From Acidobacteriota bacterium (GTDB taxonomy: Bacteria > Acidobacteriota > UBA6911 > RPQK01 > JAJDTT01), in assembly GCA_965222655.1 (NCBI GenBank), contig CBDCUP010000004.1, positions 10,134 through 74,133 on the forward strand: a stretch of 64,000 bases of DNA. The letters run 5' to 3'. Made by a program: the position numbers and the translations under genes. This document shows, piece after piece, positions 17,806-28,582 of the stretch; the stretch's first letter is position 1; each line of letters begins with the position of its first letter. The notes beneath the pieces were generated by a model. The model had not been told where the DNA came from. It made no database searches and was given only the letters and a program-made list of their open reading frames with translations.

Positions 17806-19686
17806 GTGCGTCACCTTCCTCTCGCCTGGGTCCTTCTAGTTATCTCCAACCTCTACGCTCAGACCAGTGGCGAATTCAGTCGCCAGGCCCAGGAATTGAT
17901 CCGTCGATACCAGTGGGAAGAGGCCGCACAGCTTCTGGGGAAAGGCCTCCACACCTATCCCGAATCCGCTTCCCTGCTGCTTCGGCTCGGCGCCCTGAGG
18001 ACCCAGATGGGAAGCCCGACCGAGGGCGAGGCGCTTCTCAAGAAAGCCCTCACCTTGCAGCCAGTCAACCCCGAGGCCTGGCACCAAATCGGCGAAGCCC
18101 AACTGCGTCAGGGTCAAAGCGCCTCCGCCGTCGACTCTTTCCGGAAGGCAATCCACCTGGACCCAGCCAACCCTCGACATCACTATAGACTCGCCTACGC
18201 CCTGTTTACCCGGGGCGAGGAACAGGCCGCCTTGAAGAGTGCCAAAGAGGCGACCCGGTTGAAATCGGACTCTCCAGCCATCCTCCGCCTCTACGCCGTT
18301 CTGCTGCACTGCACCGGCGACCAGCGCGAGTCTTCCCAGCAGTTGCGACAGGCACATATCCTGGCACCGGGGGATGCTCGTCTCCTGTTCCAGCTCAGTG
18401 AGGAGCGAAGGCTCAAGAAGCAATGGTCTCAAGCGCTGGAGTATCTGGAGCTTGCAGCTGTAGCCGATCCTGAGAATCCCCTCTATTACGAGCGTCTGGG
18501 CGCCGTATATCAACAACTGGAGGAGCCGCAGGCGGCTAGAGAGCAGCAGCAGCGAGCCGAACGCCTGGGAAAGGCCTTCGAGGACTACGCCTGGGCCCTG
18601 CTTCTGTGGCGTCGAGGCTTCGTTTCCGAGGCCGTCAGGGATCTGAAACAGACGGTTCAGCTGAATCCGGAGTTTGTGACCGGGAAGATGCTACTGGCAA
18701 ACCTTCTTCAGCAACTCGGCAACAAGCAGGAATCCCTTGAGCTCTACCTCCAGATCCTCGATCAGGACCCCTCCCAGGCAGCTGCCCGAGAGCAGGGTCC
18801 CTGGATCCGAGTAGAAGACGGCCTGCTCGACTCAGCTTTGGACCTGCTGAAAGGTGCCCAGGTCACTTCACCCAATCAGGCGTTGGTTGAAGGCTACCGA
18901 GGCCTGGTTCGGGAAGATTGGGAGGGCGCGCTGGAGCAGTTCCGCATCGCCGAAGCTGCCAATCCTCTCACACCGAGCTTGCTTAAGCTGGTCAGCCTCT
19001 GCCTGCAGGAACTGGGTCGAACCAAGGAAGCGCTGGCCTATCTGGAAAAAGTCCAACGGCTGCAGCCAGACGATCCTACTATTCAGGAGCAGATTCTGGG
19101 GATCAAGCTCGAGACCGGGATCCATCGTATGGAAGCCAGGGAATGGAAGGCTGCACTTGAGATCTTCGAGCCGGCGATCGAGAAAGGGTCCGCTGACTCG
19201 AACACCTATCTCCGATCTGCCTACTGTTACCAGCAGCTCAACCAACTGAGAAGAGCGGTGCGACTGTATCGGGTTGGCTTGGCAAGCGATCCAGCCGCAG
19301 CCTGGGCCAGGACCAATCTGGCGGGCTGTTTGAGTCGGCTGAGACGACACCAGGAGGCAGCCGAGGAGTGGCAGGAGATCGTTGGTGAATCAAGAACACC
19401 CGAGGCATATCTGCAGCTCGGCTTGTCCTACTCCCACCTGCAACGCTTCCCCGAGTCGGAGGAGGCACTCCGGCAGGCCCGTGAACTGGGAAACGACAGC
19501 CCCAGACTGATCTATCATCTGGGGTTGGCCAAGCTCCATAACCACCGGTTGGAAGAGGCCTGGGATCTAATCCATCGAGCCGCCAGGGCCGGCTTCGAAC
19601 CAGCTATTGAGATGACGCGGAAAGGCGCCCGTTGGACTGAGACCAAGGGCCGGGGCCGGGCCCGGGCCAGAGTCAAAACTGATTGA
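17806..19686 (+). CDS. Exported tetratricopeptide-repeat protein
   Basis: Signal peptide followed by many 34-aa TPR units (A...P...A...LG). Confidence 0.85.
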   Translation: MRHLPLAWVLLVISNLYAQTSGEFSRQAQELIRRYQWEEAAQLLGKGLHTYPESASLLLRLGALRTQMGSPTEGEALLKKALTLQPVNPEAWHQIGEAQLRQGQSASAVDSFRKAIHLDPANPRHHYRLAYALFTRGEEQAALKSAKEATRLKSDSPAILRLYAVLLHCTGDQRESSQQLRQAHILAPGDARLLFQLSEERRLKKQWSQALEYLELAAVADPENPLYYERLGAVYQQLEEPQAAREQQQRAERLGKAFEDYAWALLLWRRGFVSEAVRDLKQTVQLNPEFVTGKMLLANLLQQLGNKQESLELYLQILDQDPSQAAAREQGPWIRVEDGLLDSALDLLKGAQVTSPNQALVEGYRGLVREDWEGALEQFRIAEAANPLTPSLLKLVSLCLQELGRTKEALAYLEKVQRLQPDDPTIQEQILGIKLETGIHRMEAREWKAALEIFEPAIEKGSADSNTYLRSAYCYQQLNQLRRAVRLYRVGLASDPAAAWARTNLAGCLSRLRRHQEAAEEWQEIVGESRTPEAYLQLGLSYSHLQRFPESEEALRQARELGNDSPRLIYHLGLAKLHNHRLEEAWDLIHRAARAGFEPAIEMTRKGARWTETKGRGRARARVKTD

Positions 19687-20731
19687 CAGCGTCGATGAGC
19701 TGCCGCAACCTCCCAAAATGGTACCTGTCGAAGGACAGGAGCAGGCGCGGGAGCCCAGCCAACTCTTCCTCACCAGCCTCCTCCGGCAAAGCCTCACTCG
19801 ATTCGATGGCTCCCTCTCGCAGGATGTCCTCGAAATCCTGGTTCAGTTTCTCAACGGCTCCCTCGGGGAGAGACTGCTTGAGCCGCAGCACCAGTTTTCG
19901 CTTGTGGTCGACGTAGCGGCTGGAGTGGTACCTACGGTAGAAGTCATGGATTTCCCGGAAGGCTGAGTCAATATCGTCGGTGATAAAGAACAAGGCTTCA
20001 TCCTCCGGGGAGATGTAGCCTCCTCCGAAGAGCTGCTTACGTGCAAACTCGAGCCAGTCCTTCCAGTAGCTGCCTCCCGGAGCATCGAGCATGACGATTG
20101 GCATCGGCTTGCCCTTCCCCGTCTGGACCAGAGTCAGCACTTCAAAGCCTTCGTCCAGGGTCCCGAATCCCCCCGGCATCAAGACAACCGCATCCGACTC
20201 CTTGACGAAGAAGAGTTTGCGAGGGAAAAAATAGAAGAAGCTGATCAGCTTCTCATCCCCCAGAATCGTCTCGTTGGCGTTCGGCTCGAAGGGCAAGAGG
20301 ATGTTCAACCCAAAGCTCTTCGCCCTTCCAGCTCCGGCGTGACCTGCCTCCATGATCCCAGGGCCGGCGCCGGTGATGACCATGAATCCAGCCTCCGCCA
20401 TCTTGCGGCTGAACTCCAATGCAGTCGGGTATGCGGGATCCAACGGGAGAGTACGGGCAGATCCGAACAAGCTGAGCTTCGGCGTCCCCCGATAGCGCGA
20501 GAAAACCTTGAAGGCGTAGCGCATTTCCTTGATCGCGGCACGCAGCACCCTGAGATCACCACGGGAACAGTCGTCCTGGGCTAACTTGACTCCCGTTACG
20601 AAGACTTCTCGGAGCAGCTCGAGGTGGGGATAGGGGGCCACTTCCTTGATCAACTGGTCGATGAGAGCCTCGATCTTCTCATCATCGACCCTGTATCCGG
20701 CCGGTTGCTGGGAATCTCTAGTGTGCGCCAT
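19673..20731 (-). CDS. LOG-family (TIGR00730-like) nucleotide-binding protein
   Basis: FGSAR, ITGAGPGIMEA, PGGFGTLDE. Confidence 0.92.
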   Translation of the reverse strand: MAHTRDSQQPAGYRVDDEKIEALIDQLIKEVAPYPHLELLREVFVTGVKLAQDDCSRGDLRVLRAAIKEMRYAFKVFSRYRGTPKLSLFGSARTLPLDPAYPTALEFSRKMAEAGFMVITGAGPGIMEAGHAGAGRAKSFGLNILLPFEPNANETILGDEKLISFFYFFPRKLFFVKESDAVVLMPGGFGTLDEGFEVLTLVQTGKGKPMPIVMLDAPGGSYWKDWLEFARKQLFGGGYISPEDEALFFITDDIDSAFREIHDFYRRYHSSRYVDHKRKLVLRLKQSLPEGAVEKLNQDFEDILREGAIESSEALPEEAGEEELAGLPRLLLSFDRYHFGRLRQLIDAVNQF

Positions 20732-20820
20732 GACCTTACGTCAGTCCCGCCCCCGCTACGCGGCCCCATTCGAGAAAGAAACTTTCGTTATGACTGCCGT
20801 GATTGTCGCTACCGCCTCAG

Positions 20821-20961
20821 ACAGAGCCGTGACTGCAAAGGAGCGGTCCCGATCACCGATCGGGACCTGCCGCAAAAAGGGGCCAATTGGCCACCGTCCG
20901 TTTGGTCCGTTTTTTCCGGCATTCTTATGCCGGGACCGCTCCTTTGCAGTCACGGCTCTGT
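20821..20961. repeat. REP doublet/REPIN with a perfect 31-bp IR
   Basis: ACAGAGCCGTGACTGCAAAGGAGCGGTCCCG at 20821-20851 and its exact reverse complement at 20931-20961. Confidence 0.85.
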
Positions 20962-21028
20962 TATTGGCGGTTCTTGGGTGACCTCCTACCAAATGAAGTT
21001 TCAGCTTAGTATAGCTTATAATCGAGCC

Positions 21029-21994
21029 GTGCCGGCCAATCTGACTGCTCAGTATTTCGAGGCTGAATCGAAGTTCAAACAGGCTTCCACGTCTGCTGAA
21101 AAGGTCCAGGCATTGGAGGAAATGCTGCGGGCCATCCCAAAGCACAAGGGGACCGAGAAGATGCAGGCGGATATCAAGAAGCGCCTGTCTAAAGAACGCA
21201 AAGAATCTCAGAGGAAGAAGTCATCGGGTGCTTCGCAGCGACCCGACCACTACGTCAAGCGTGAGGGAGCTGGTCAGGTGGTCCTCTGTGGGCCACCCAA
21301 CAGTGGCAAGTCACAGCTTCTCACCAATCTGACCGAGGCCCAGGTAGAAGTTGCCGACTACCCCTACACGACACGCAGTCCCCAGCCGGGCATGATGCCC
21401 TTCGAAGACATCCTGATTCAGCTCGTCGACACGCCTCCCCTGTCTCCAGAGTCGCTGGAGCCCTGGCAGTTGGCTATGATCCAGCAGTCAAACCTATCGC
21501 TAGTTATTTTCGACATCAACGATTCCGAATTGCTGGAACAGACGGAATTCGTCCTATCCAAGCTGGAGGAGCGGGGGATCATCATCACGCCAGATCAGCG
21601 CCCGGGATTGGTCTTTCTGGGAAACAAGTGCGATCAACCCCAGGGCGAGGCCAACTACTCAGCCTGGAGAGAGCTTTACGAAGACCGGTTCCAGGCAGAG
21701 CCCTTCAGTGCGATTTCTCCCACCCACCTGGAAGCGCTCCGGCACCGGCTCTTCAAACTCCTGGACATCGTCAGGGTCTACACCAAGCCGCCCGGCAAGA
21801 AGCCAGAGCGGAACACCGACCCCTTCGTCTTTCCACGCGGCAGCACGATTCTGGAGGTGGCCGCCACCGTCCACAAAGATATCGCCCAGAGCTTCAAGTT
21901 TGCTCGAGTCTGGGGCCACGCCCGCTTCGAAGGGCAGATGGTCGAGAGAGGCTACGTGCTGGAGGACGGGGACATAGTGGAGATTCACGCTTGA
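21029..21994 (+). CDS. DRG/Obg-family GTPase with TGS domain
   Basis: MPANLT start, PKHKGTEK, GPPNSGKS, YPYTT, DTPP, NKCD, C-terminal L.DGDIVEIH. Confidence 0.9.
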   Translation: MPANLTAQYFEAESKFKQASTSAEKVQALEEMLRAIPKHKGTEKMQADIKKRLSKERKESQRKKSSGASQRPDHYVKREGAGQVVLCGPPNSGKSQLLTNLTEAQVEVADYPYTTRSPQPGMMPFEDILIQLVDTPPLSPESLEPWQLAMIQQSNLSLVIFDINDSELLEQTEFVLSKLEERGIIITPDQRPGLVFLGNKCDQPQGEANYSAWRELYEDRFQAEPFSAISPTHLEALRHRLFKLLDIVRVYTKPPGKKPERNTDPFVFPRGSTILEVAATVHKDIAQSFKFARVWGHARFEGQMVERGYVLEDGDIVEIHA

Positions 21995-22073
21995 ACTCGG
22001 CCCTTGGTCTCGCAGTAGAAGCTCGGTCATGCGACGATTGACAAAGGTTACGTGTCCACATACTATGTGTGCA

Positions 22074-22301
22074 ATGAACCTAACCCTTTCCCTTGATGAG
22101 AAGCTGGTCAAGAACGGACGCAAGGTTGCATCGAGTATGGGGAAGAGCTTAAACCAGCTGATCCGCGAACACCTGGAACAGCTCACATCCAGCCCGAGCC
22201 GGGAAGACACCGTCGCTGAACTGAGGGAGCTCTCCGGAAAGGCGGGGGGGAGATCGGGGGGCTGGAAGTTCGACCGTGAAGAGATCCATGAAAGGCCGTA
22301 G
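22074..22301 (+). CDS. Antitoxin (ribbon-helix-helix type)
   Basis: MNLTLSLDE...SLNQLIREHL...REEIHER, overlapping the PIN toxin gene. Confidence 0.8.
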   Translation: MNLTLSLDEKLVKNGRKVASSMGKSLNQLIREHLEQLTSSPSREDTVAELRELSGKAGGRSGGWKFDREEIHERP

Positions 22302-22707
22302 CTTTCTTGACACGAATATCCTGGTCTATATGGACGATCTGGATTCCCCTGGCAAGCGAGCCCGTGCTCTAGCATTGGTTGAAAGGTGTGGCGGAAGTGG
22401 GCTGGCGGTCGTCTCGACCCAGGTCTTACAGGAATACTTCAACACCGCTGTTCGCAAGTTGGGGATCGACCCTACGATTGCCCGTCGGAAGATTGAGGTT
22501 CTGGCGCGTTTCGATCTGGTCCAGATCGGACTTCCGGAAATCCTGGGAGCCATCGACCTCCACCGCCTGCATTCGTTATCTTTCTGGGACGCCCTTATTC
22601 TTAGAGCCGCTCAGGCCTCAAACTGCAGAATCCTCTACAGCGAGGACTTCCAGCATGGCCAGGTCTTCGGTGCTGTTGAGATCGTCAATCCATTCCTCCC
22701 TGTATGA
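22288..22707 (+). CDS. vapC: PIN-domain (VapC) toxin
   Basis: FLDTNILVY, STQVLQE, SFWDALI, LYSEDFQHG. Confidence 0.92.
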   Translation: MKGRSFLDTNILVYMDDLDSPGKRARALALVERCGGSGLAVVSTQVLQEYFNTAVRKLGIDPTIARRKIEVLARFDLVQIGLPEILGAIDLHRLHSLSFWDALILRAAQASNCRILYSEDFQHGQVFGAVEIVNPFLPV

Positions 22708-22715
22708 GGCCTTCA

Positions 22716-23903
22716 TCAGCGAACGCCCAGGATCACTTCTATCGTCAACTGATCCAGCTTTTCGTAGGGCAGGCTTCGCGACGCCAGTCGTCGTCTATCC
22801 ACCTCAGCTTCCAGAATCCGTCGCGCATTATCGGCGCTATAGCTCTGAATAGCGGAGAGCCCCAGCTCGGACTCGGCCCCTTGTATCTCGCTCAATAGAC
22901 CCTGGATCTCGGCATCTTCATTGAAGCGCTGCGCCTTATCCTTCAAGATCAAATAGGTACGCATACAGCCGGCAGCAAAGTCCCGGACACCCTGTGCTCC
23001 CTCGCTTCGATAGGCGTGTGCATCGAAGTGGCGTGAGCCTTCGTAGCCGACGTCCTCTAGAAACTTCACCAGGAAGAAGGCGGCCTTCAGGCTCTCTGAC
23101 CCGAAACGAAGGTCCTGATCGAAGCGACCGAGCTTCTGGTCGTTCAAATCGATATGGAAGAGCTTGCCCGCCTCCCAGGCCTGGGCCACGGCGTGGTAGA
23201 AATTCAACCCTGCCATGTGCTCATGGGCCAACTCGGGGTTCACCCCCACCATCGAAGGATCATCCAGGGTATGGACAAAGGCAAGGATGGCGCCGGTCGT
23301 GGGCAGGTAGGTGTCTCCCCTGGGTTCATTGGGCTTCGCTTCCATTGCGAATCGCAAATTGTAGCCGTTGTCTTTCACGTAGCCGATGAGGAAGTTCATA
23401 CACTCTCGGTACCGCTTGATCGCCTCGGCTGCGTCCTTGGCGGCATCCACTTCCGCCCCTTCGCGTCCTCCCCAGAAAACGTAGATCGTGGCACCTAGCT
23501 CTACTCCCAGATCGATGCCGCGCATGGTCTTCTGCAGGGCGTAGGCTCGGATATTCGGATCGTGGGAAGTATAGGCTCCATCCTTGAAAACCGGATCGGT
23601 GAAGAGGTTGGTGGTTGCCATGGGAACGCACACATTGTACTCAGCCAGGGCCTGCTTGAAATCTCGCAGGATAGACGCTCTCTCGGCGGGAGTTGCGTCG
23701 ATAGGAATCAAGTCGTTGTCGTGGAAATTCACCCCATAGGCCCCTTCCTCCCCCAACAGACGGACGATCTGGGGCGGTGGCAGGGGTTCTCGCGTAGGCT
23801 GCCCGAAGGGATCCCTACCCGGGTTTCCCACGGTCCACAGGCCGAAGGTAAATCTATCTTCAGGTTTAGGCTTAAGGTCTCCGTTCATGGCCCATCCTTT
23901 CAT
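22716..23903 (-). CDS. xylA: Xylose isomerase (short Streptomyces/Thermus type)
   Basis: [49 protein letters not shown]. Confidence 0.96.
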   Translation of the reverse strand: MKGWAMNGDLKPKPEDRFTFGLWTVGNPGRDPFGQPTREPLPPPQIVRLLGEEGAYGVNFHDNDLIPIDATPAERASILRDFKQALAEYNVCVPMATTNLFTDPVFKDGAYTSHDPNIRAYALQKTMRGIDLGVELGATIYVFWGGREGAEVDAAKDAAEAIKRYRECMNFLIGYVKDNGYNLRFAMEAKPNEPRGDTYLPTTGAILAFVHTLDDPSMVGVNPELAHEHMAGLNFYHAVAQAWEAGKLFHIDLNDQKLGRFDQDLRFGSESLKAAFFLVKFLEDVGYEGSRHFDAHAYRSEGAQGVRDFAAGCMRTYLILKDKAQRFNEDAEIQGLLSEIQGAESELGLSAIQSYSADNARRILEAEVDRRRLASRSLPYEKLDQLTIEVILGVR

Positions 23904-25408
23904 TCGATGAAGCGTCGATGGCTGGGAAAGACATCGCTCTTGAGCAAGGTCTCACTCAACTTCGCATAGACTCCGTACAACTCCTCGTAGGTGGCTTGCA
24001 GCCCCTGCTCAGGAACCTGGCGAGTGGCTTCGTCCAGCTCGACGTATTCCTCCACCAAGGTCGCGATCTCGCTTCCCTGGTCGCACCAAGCTGCTTGGAG
24101 GGCGGCACCGAATGCAGGCCCCTCTTCGTTTCTCGGACCCACGCAGGTGACTCCGAGTGCAGCTGCCACGATCCCTCTCCAAACGCGGCTTCTGGAACCA
24201 CCACCGATCAGTCGGATCTCGCTGGGTGCCAAACCCAGATCCTTCAACCGCTCGAACCCGTACTTCAGCCCCAATGTCACGCCTTCCATGGCCGCGCGAC
24301 CGAGGTAGGGGGGTGTGGCAGTAGCCGGCCGGATCCCAAGAAGGACTCCGGTCCCTTCAGGGGAATTCGGAACCCGCTCACCTTCTAGATAGGGCAGCAG
24401 CAGAAGCCCCTTCGAACCGGGAGGTACCTGGGCGATCTGCTGATCGAAATCTTCGAGACCGGATTCGAAGAAACCCGACCGGACCATCTCGGTGGCTACG
24501 GTGACATTCATCGTACAGACCAAGGGCAACCACCCTCCGGTGCTGGTGCAGAAGGCAGCCACATCTCCGATGGCATCGATCAGAGGGGAACCGCTGCAGC
24601 CGTAGAGGGTTCCGGAGGTCCCCAGGCTCACGGTGAGTGTCCCCGGGCTGACGTTCCCAGAGCCGATGGCCCCCATCATGTTGTCTCCGCCGCCAGAGCT
24701 CACCGTCACGGCGGCGCTCAGGCCCCACTTCTGAGCGAGAGCCGCTCGGAGGGCGCCAGCAGCTTCGTCTGACGGGATCAGACGGGGTAGGTATGATTCG
24801 AGGTCCGTATCGGGATCGATCCAGGAGAGTGCCCGGGTCGACCACTCTCGCTGCCGGACCCGAAAGTAACCGGTCCCCGAAGCGTCTCCTGCCTCGGCCG
24901 TCATCTCGCCGGTCAAATAGAAGTTGAGATAATCGTGAGGCAGCATCAAAGAGCGGATCTGGGAATAGTTCTCGGGTTCATGCTCCTTGATCCAGGCTAT
25001 CTTGGAGGCGGTGAAGCCAGGAGGCAGCGCATTGCCTATCTCATCCATATAGGACGAGGCACCCCCAGCTGTCTCCAGGATGGAGCGGCACTGGGCTGCT
25101 GTACTGGTATCATTCCAAAGCTTGGCAGGACGGATAACCCGGTGCGACGAGTCCAGCACAACCAATCCATGTTGCTGACCTGAAACCCCGATTCCTCGAA
25201 CGGCACCCAAATCGACTCCTTGCTGCCGCAACGCGCCCATACAGGCTTCCAGGGCATCAGTCCAATTCGACGGGTGCTGTTCCTTATGACCCGGCGGCAG
25301 GTTCCCGATGAGGTCGTAGGATCCCGAGGCAGAGTAGCAAGTTCCGGTGATCGGGTCCCATGCCAGGATCTTGAGACTCTGGGTGCCGCAGTCAACTCCA
25401 AGGTACAT
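23900..25408 (-). CDS. xylB: Xylulokinase
   Basis: [36 protein letters not shown]. Coupled to xylA. Confidence 0.95.
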   Translation of the reverse strand: MYLGVDCGTQSLKILAWDPITGTCYSASGSYDLIGNLPPGHKEQHPSNWTDALEACMGALRQQGVDLGAVRGIGVSGQQHGLVVLDSSHRVIRPAKLWNDTSTAAQCRSILETAGGASSYMDEIGNALPPGFTASKIAWIKEHEPENYSQIRSLMLPHDYLNFYLTGEMTAEAGDASGTGYFRVRQREWSTRALSWIDPDTDLESYLPRLIPSDEAAGALRAALAQKWGLSAAVTVSSGGGDNMMGAIGSGNVSPGTLTVSLGTSGTLYGCSGSPLIDAIGDVAAFCTSTGGWLPLVCTMNVTVATEMVRSGFFESGLEDFDQQIAQVPPGSKGLLLLPYLEGERVPNSPEGTGVLLGIRPATATPPYLGRAAMEGVTLGLKYGFERLKDLGLAPSEIRLIGGGSRSRVWRGIVAAALGVTCVGPRNEEGPAFGAALQAAWCDQGSEIATLVEEYVELDEATRQVPEQGLQATYEELYGVYAKLSETLLKSDVFPSHRRFIE

Positions 25409-25673
25409 CTTCAGTCTCCCAGGACGACGGTCATGAAGTGTACTCTCTCTACTTCTCCTGGCCCTGTCAATCGCCCTTGCCGAATTGCTGACCGCGCGGA
25501 CCGGAGCGGTTAAGCGTCCGGCCACCCGCCAGGGCTCCCTGACCGATCCAGATATTTGTATTCACGTATCTTCAAGAAAAGGGGTGAGTTACCTATGATC
25601 AAGGCAGAAGCACCCAATTTTTTGAATGTTTTGGGTCAGGTGGATCTCTCGAAAAACTTTTTTGTATCCTAGT

Positions 25674-25733
25674 TAACTTGTTGATAAAACAAGACTAATA
25701 GGACTCTATCAGCTTCTAGGCACGGGGCGTGCA
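25674..25733 (+). promoter_or_regulatory. Putative IHF site plus sigma54 promoter
   Basis: TAACTTGTTGATA (reverse complement TATCAACAAGTTA) at 25674-25686. AGGCACGGGGCGTGCA (GG-N10-GC) at 25718-25733. Confidence 0.55.
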
Positions 25734-25739
25734 GGGTAA

Positions 25740-25878
25740 GTGGTCGATACGGTCAACCCTCTCACGAGGGTGTCTCGGTGGGAAGTTGTCAGAGGACTCA
25801 GTTACGAATTGAGCCTGGGATGCAACAATGAGTTAGAGTCTATTCTGACAACTCCCACTCTAGACCTTACGTCCACCA
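25740..25878 (+). ncRNA. Candidate structured small RNA
   Basis: Hairpin ACCCTC/GAGGGT, long stem GTGGGAAGTTGTCAGA/TCTGACAACTCCCAC and 5'-3' end pairing, directly downstream of the sigma54-like motif. Confidence 0.4.
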
Positions 25879-25880
25879 CC

Positions 25881-26276
25881 TCACTTTGTTTCTTTTAGCT
25901 GTCGATTTCTTCCAGAACGATTGCAGTAGGGACAGCGATAGTCGATGATGCCGTCGTTGTACTCGGTACAGATGACGTAGCAGTCATCGACTGGACAGCG
26001 GGGTGCCTCGCCCTTGCTATAGCGCTCGCGGCAATAGGCTAGTTGTAGATCGGTCCAAGACGTCCGGGGACTTCCCTGCTCCCAGACGTCTTCAGCCTGA
26101 CAATCCGGGCAGCGTATTGAGAGACGAAATACCGAAGACCCGGATGGATACTTGGATTGGAGTTGCAGAACTTCGCCACACTGGGGACACCGCGGATTCT
26201 CCTTGGGGCTGCCCGGACCGAAGTACTCAGTAACGATCTGGTCCCGTTCCTCCTCAGAATACTTTGGCATCTTCAT
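25881..26276 (-). CDS. Double zinc-ribbon protein of unknown function
   Basis: CPQC, CPDC, CPVD..C, CPYC. Confidence 0.65.
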   Translation of the reverse strand: MKMPKYSEEERDQIVTEYFGPGSPKENPRCPQCGEVLQLQSKYPSGSSVFRLSIRCPDCQAEDVWEQGSPRTSWTDLQLAYCRERYSKGEAPRCPVDDCYVICTEYNDGIIDYRCPYCNRSGRNRQLKETK

Positions 26277-26332
26277 CCCTGTGGGGTATCTACCCGATTT
26301 CTTTCTCCCCGATTTTAAACTCCATCGGCGAA

Positions 26333-26412
26333 CGTAGCTTTGGTCTTCGGGCCAAAGTATTGCTCTTTCAGGCCTTTGGCTCGAGGGACGGCGGCCTGGA
26401 AGCCACCGCTAC
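26333..26412. repeat. REP doublet, copy 4
   Basis: CGTAGCTTTGGTCTTCGGGCC...GGCCTGGAAGCCACCGCTACG. Confidence 0.75.
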
Positions 26413-26428
26413 GGCCCGGCCCCATACT

Positions 26429-28402
26429 CTATCGGCCACTCTCCCCGACCTCGAACCGTCCAAGACTACCAAGAACCAGCCCGACAGCGAGCAGGACAAA
26501 GACAAGGAGGCCGATCAGAGGAGCAGCGGACCCTGCCCACGAGTATCCCAGACCTGAAGGCGCCGCACCCTGCGCGAACGCCGCAGCAGCGATTCCCACA
26601 CCTACCAAACCTTCGCCTCCTACCATGCCCGATCCGAGGAGGATTCCCCTGTCGGTACGCTGCCGACCCGCACTTGTCGATGGAGCTCGACGCTCCAGGA
26701 AGAAGCGGATCAACCCTCCCGCACAGACCGATGCCATGGTGGTGACTGGCAAGTAGACCCCGACCGCAAACGGGAGACTGGGAACACGCAGCACTTCGGC
26801 GGTCAGGGCGATGGCAACGCCGATTCCCACCAGGACCCAGGGAAGCGAGTTCTCAAGCACGCCTTCCACGACCAGCTTCATAAGAGTCGCTTGTGGTGCC
26901 GGCAGCTCCTGCGAGCCGAAACCGTAGGTACGGTCCAAGACCAGCACGGCCAGACAGACGAAGGTCGCCGAACTCAGAACCCCAACTATCTCACCTAGCT
27001 GCTGTCTCCGGGGAGTCGCTCCCAGTAGAAATCCGGTCTTCAGATCCTGCGAGGTATCCCCGGCGATTGAGGCCGCTACAGCTACGACGCAGCCCACCGT
27101 GAGGACGGTCACCTTGCCCGCATCGCCGGTCCAGTCCATCAGCAGGAAAACGGAGGAAACTGCAAGCAGAGTAGCAATCGTCATGCCGCTGGTGGGATTC
27201 GAAGTAACTCCCACCAGACCCACGATTCGTGAGGACACGGTGACAAAAAAGAATGCTGCAACGATAACCATGAACGCCGCGACCGCCCGAAGTCCGAAAG
27301 GGGTGGCTTCGCCGAACACGAAAGGAAGAATCGACATAACGATGCCTACTCCCAGCAGTGCCAGCAGCACCCCGCGGAGGGGCAAATCCTGATCCGTCCT
27401 CAAGGCTGCCGAGACGGCGCCGGGGGCACGACCCCTTAGCTCTCCCAGGCCCAGGCGAAAGCTTTCGATCATCGTGGGGACGCTACGGAATAGGGTGATC
27501 AGGCCACCAGTTGCGACGGCGCCCGCGCCGATATAGCGGACGTAACGGCTCCAGATATCGTCGGGAAGCATCTCCGCGATCGGCAGAAGAGTCTCGGGGT
27601 AAAGGGGCTCGGTTCTTCCCTCCCCCCAGAAGGCAATCGCCGGAATCAGGACTACCCAGGAGAGCAGCCCACCACTCACCATGATGATGGAAATCCGCGG
27701 GCCCAGGATGTATCCAACTCCCAGCAGCGCCGCCGAAAAATCCAGCCCCAACTGGCTCTTGTTGAGGAAGGGGAGAGCGAAATGGATCTCCCGCGGGAAG
27801 AGCTGGACCCAACCCGCAAGCCCCTTGAAAAGCGCCCCGATGCCAAGTCCCCAGAAGACGTTATGACCGCGGCGGCCGCCCTCCTGGCCGGCACGAAGGA
27901 CCTCGGCACAGGCTGTACCCTCGGGATATGGGAGCCTTCCGTGTTCCCTTTGAATGAGAAAGCGTCGGAGCGGGATCATGAACAGAACGCCCAGGAGTCC
28001 TCCGGCCATCGCCAGGACCACCATTTGAAGCAACCCTGGAGCTAGACCCCAAAGAAAAAGAGCAGGCAGTGTAAAGATCACACCGCTGGCAACCGAGCTC
28101 GAGGCAGAGCCGATTGTCTGGGAGAGGTTGGCCTCCAAAATGGTGCTTCGGTGACCCGCCGACGACAATACCTTGAAGGCTGCCGCCGTCAGAACCGCGA
28201 CCGGAATCGAGGTGGAGATGGTGAGTCCTACTCTCAATCCGAGGTAGGCGTTGGCCGCTCCGAAAAGAATTCCAAAGAAGATGCCCGCGACGGCGGCCTT
28301 CGGAGTGAACTCTGCGAGATTCTCGAGCGGGGAAACGTAGGGGGAGTGAGTGGGGATCGTAGGTGCCGAATCCAGCTCCCGTCGATCTTCGTCCTGGGGC
28401 AT
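26429..28402 (-). CDS. OPT-family oligopeptide transporter
   Basis: NAYLGLRVG, LPYPEGTAC, SNPTSGMT, QDLKTG.LLGATP, APQATL. Confidence 0.95.
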   Translation of the reverse strand: MPQDEDRRELDSAPTIPTHSPYVSPLENLAEFTPKAAVAGIFFGILFGAANAYLGLRVGLTISTSIPVAVLTAAAFKVLSSAGHRSTILEANLSQTIGSASSSVASGVIFTLPALFLWGLAPGLLQMVVLAMAGGLLGVLFMIPLRRFLIQREHGRLPYPEGTACAEVLRAGQEGGRRGHNVFWGLGIGALFKGLAGWVQLFPREIHFALPFLNKSQLGLDFSAALLGVGYILGPRISIIMVSGGLLSWVVLIPAIAFWGEGRTEPLYPETLLPIAEMLPDDIWSRYVRYIGAGAVATGGLITLFRSVPTMIESFRLGLGELRGRAPGAVSAALRTDQDLPLRGVLLALLGVGIVMSILPFVFGEATPFGLRAVAAFMVIVAAFFFVTVSSRIVGLVGVTSNPTSGMTIATLLAVSSVFLLMDWTGDAGKVTVLTVGCVVAVAASIAGDTSQDLKTGFLLGATPRRQQLGEIVGVLSSATFVCLAVLVLDRTYGFGSQELPAPQATLMKLVVEGVLENSLPWVLVGIGVAIALTAEVLRVPSLPFAVGVYLPVTTMASVCAGGLIRFFLERRAPSTSAGRQRTDRGILLGSGMVGGEGLVGVGIAAAAFAQGAAPSGLGYSWAGSAAPLIGLLVFVLLAVGLVLGSLGRFEVGESGR

Positions 28403-28529
28403 GCGCGCTCCCTCGTCATCCTGCCAACATCGCCAACCGATAGGGCCTTGCCGCCGAGGATCTCAGCACGATCCTGGAGCAGGTACCCTACCATAGTTGA
28501 TGCCGGTCGAGGGAGCGCGAGCCCTCTTG

Positions 28530-28581
28530 TCCAGCGCAGTTGCGGCGACGCAGTAGACCAGCGATGAGAAATGCGGGCTAG
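28530..28581. repeat. Partial copy (one end) of the CTAGCCCGCATTTCTCATCGCT MITE family
   Basis: GCGGCGACGCAGTAGACCAGCGATGAGAAATGCGGGCTAG is the reverse complement of the left arm at 47350. Confidence 0.7.
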
Positions 28582-28582
28582 A

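Noticed and set aside
25740-25898. 52-codon GTG-initiated frame across the candidate sRNA
   Set aside because: No convincing SD, it begins at or before the predicted TSS and has no recognisable protein features.
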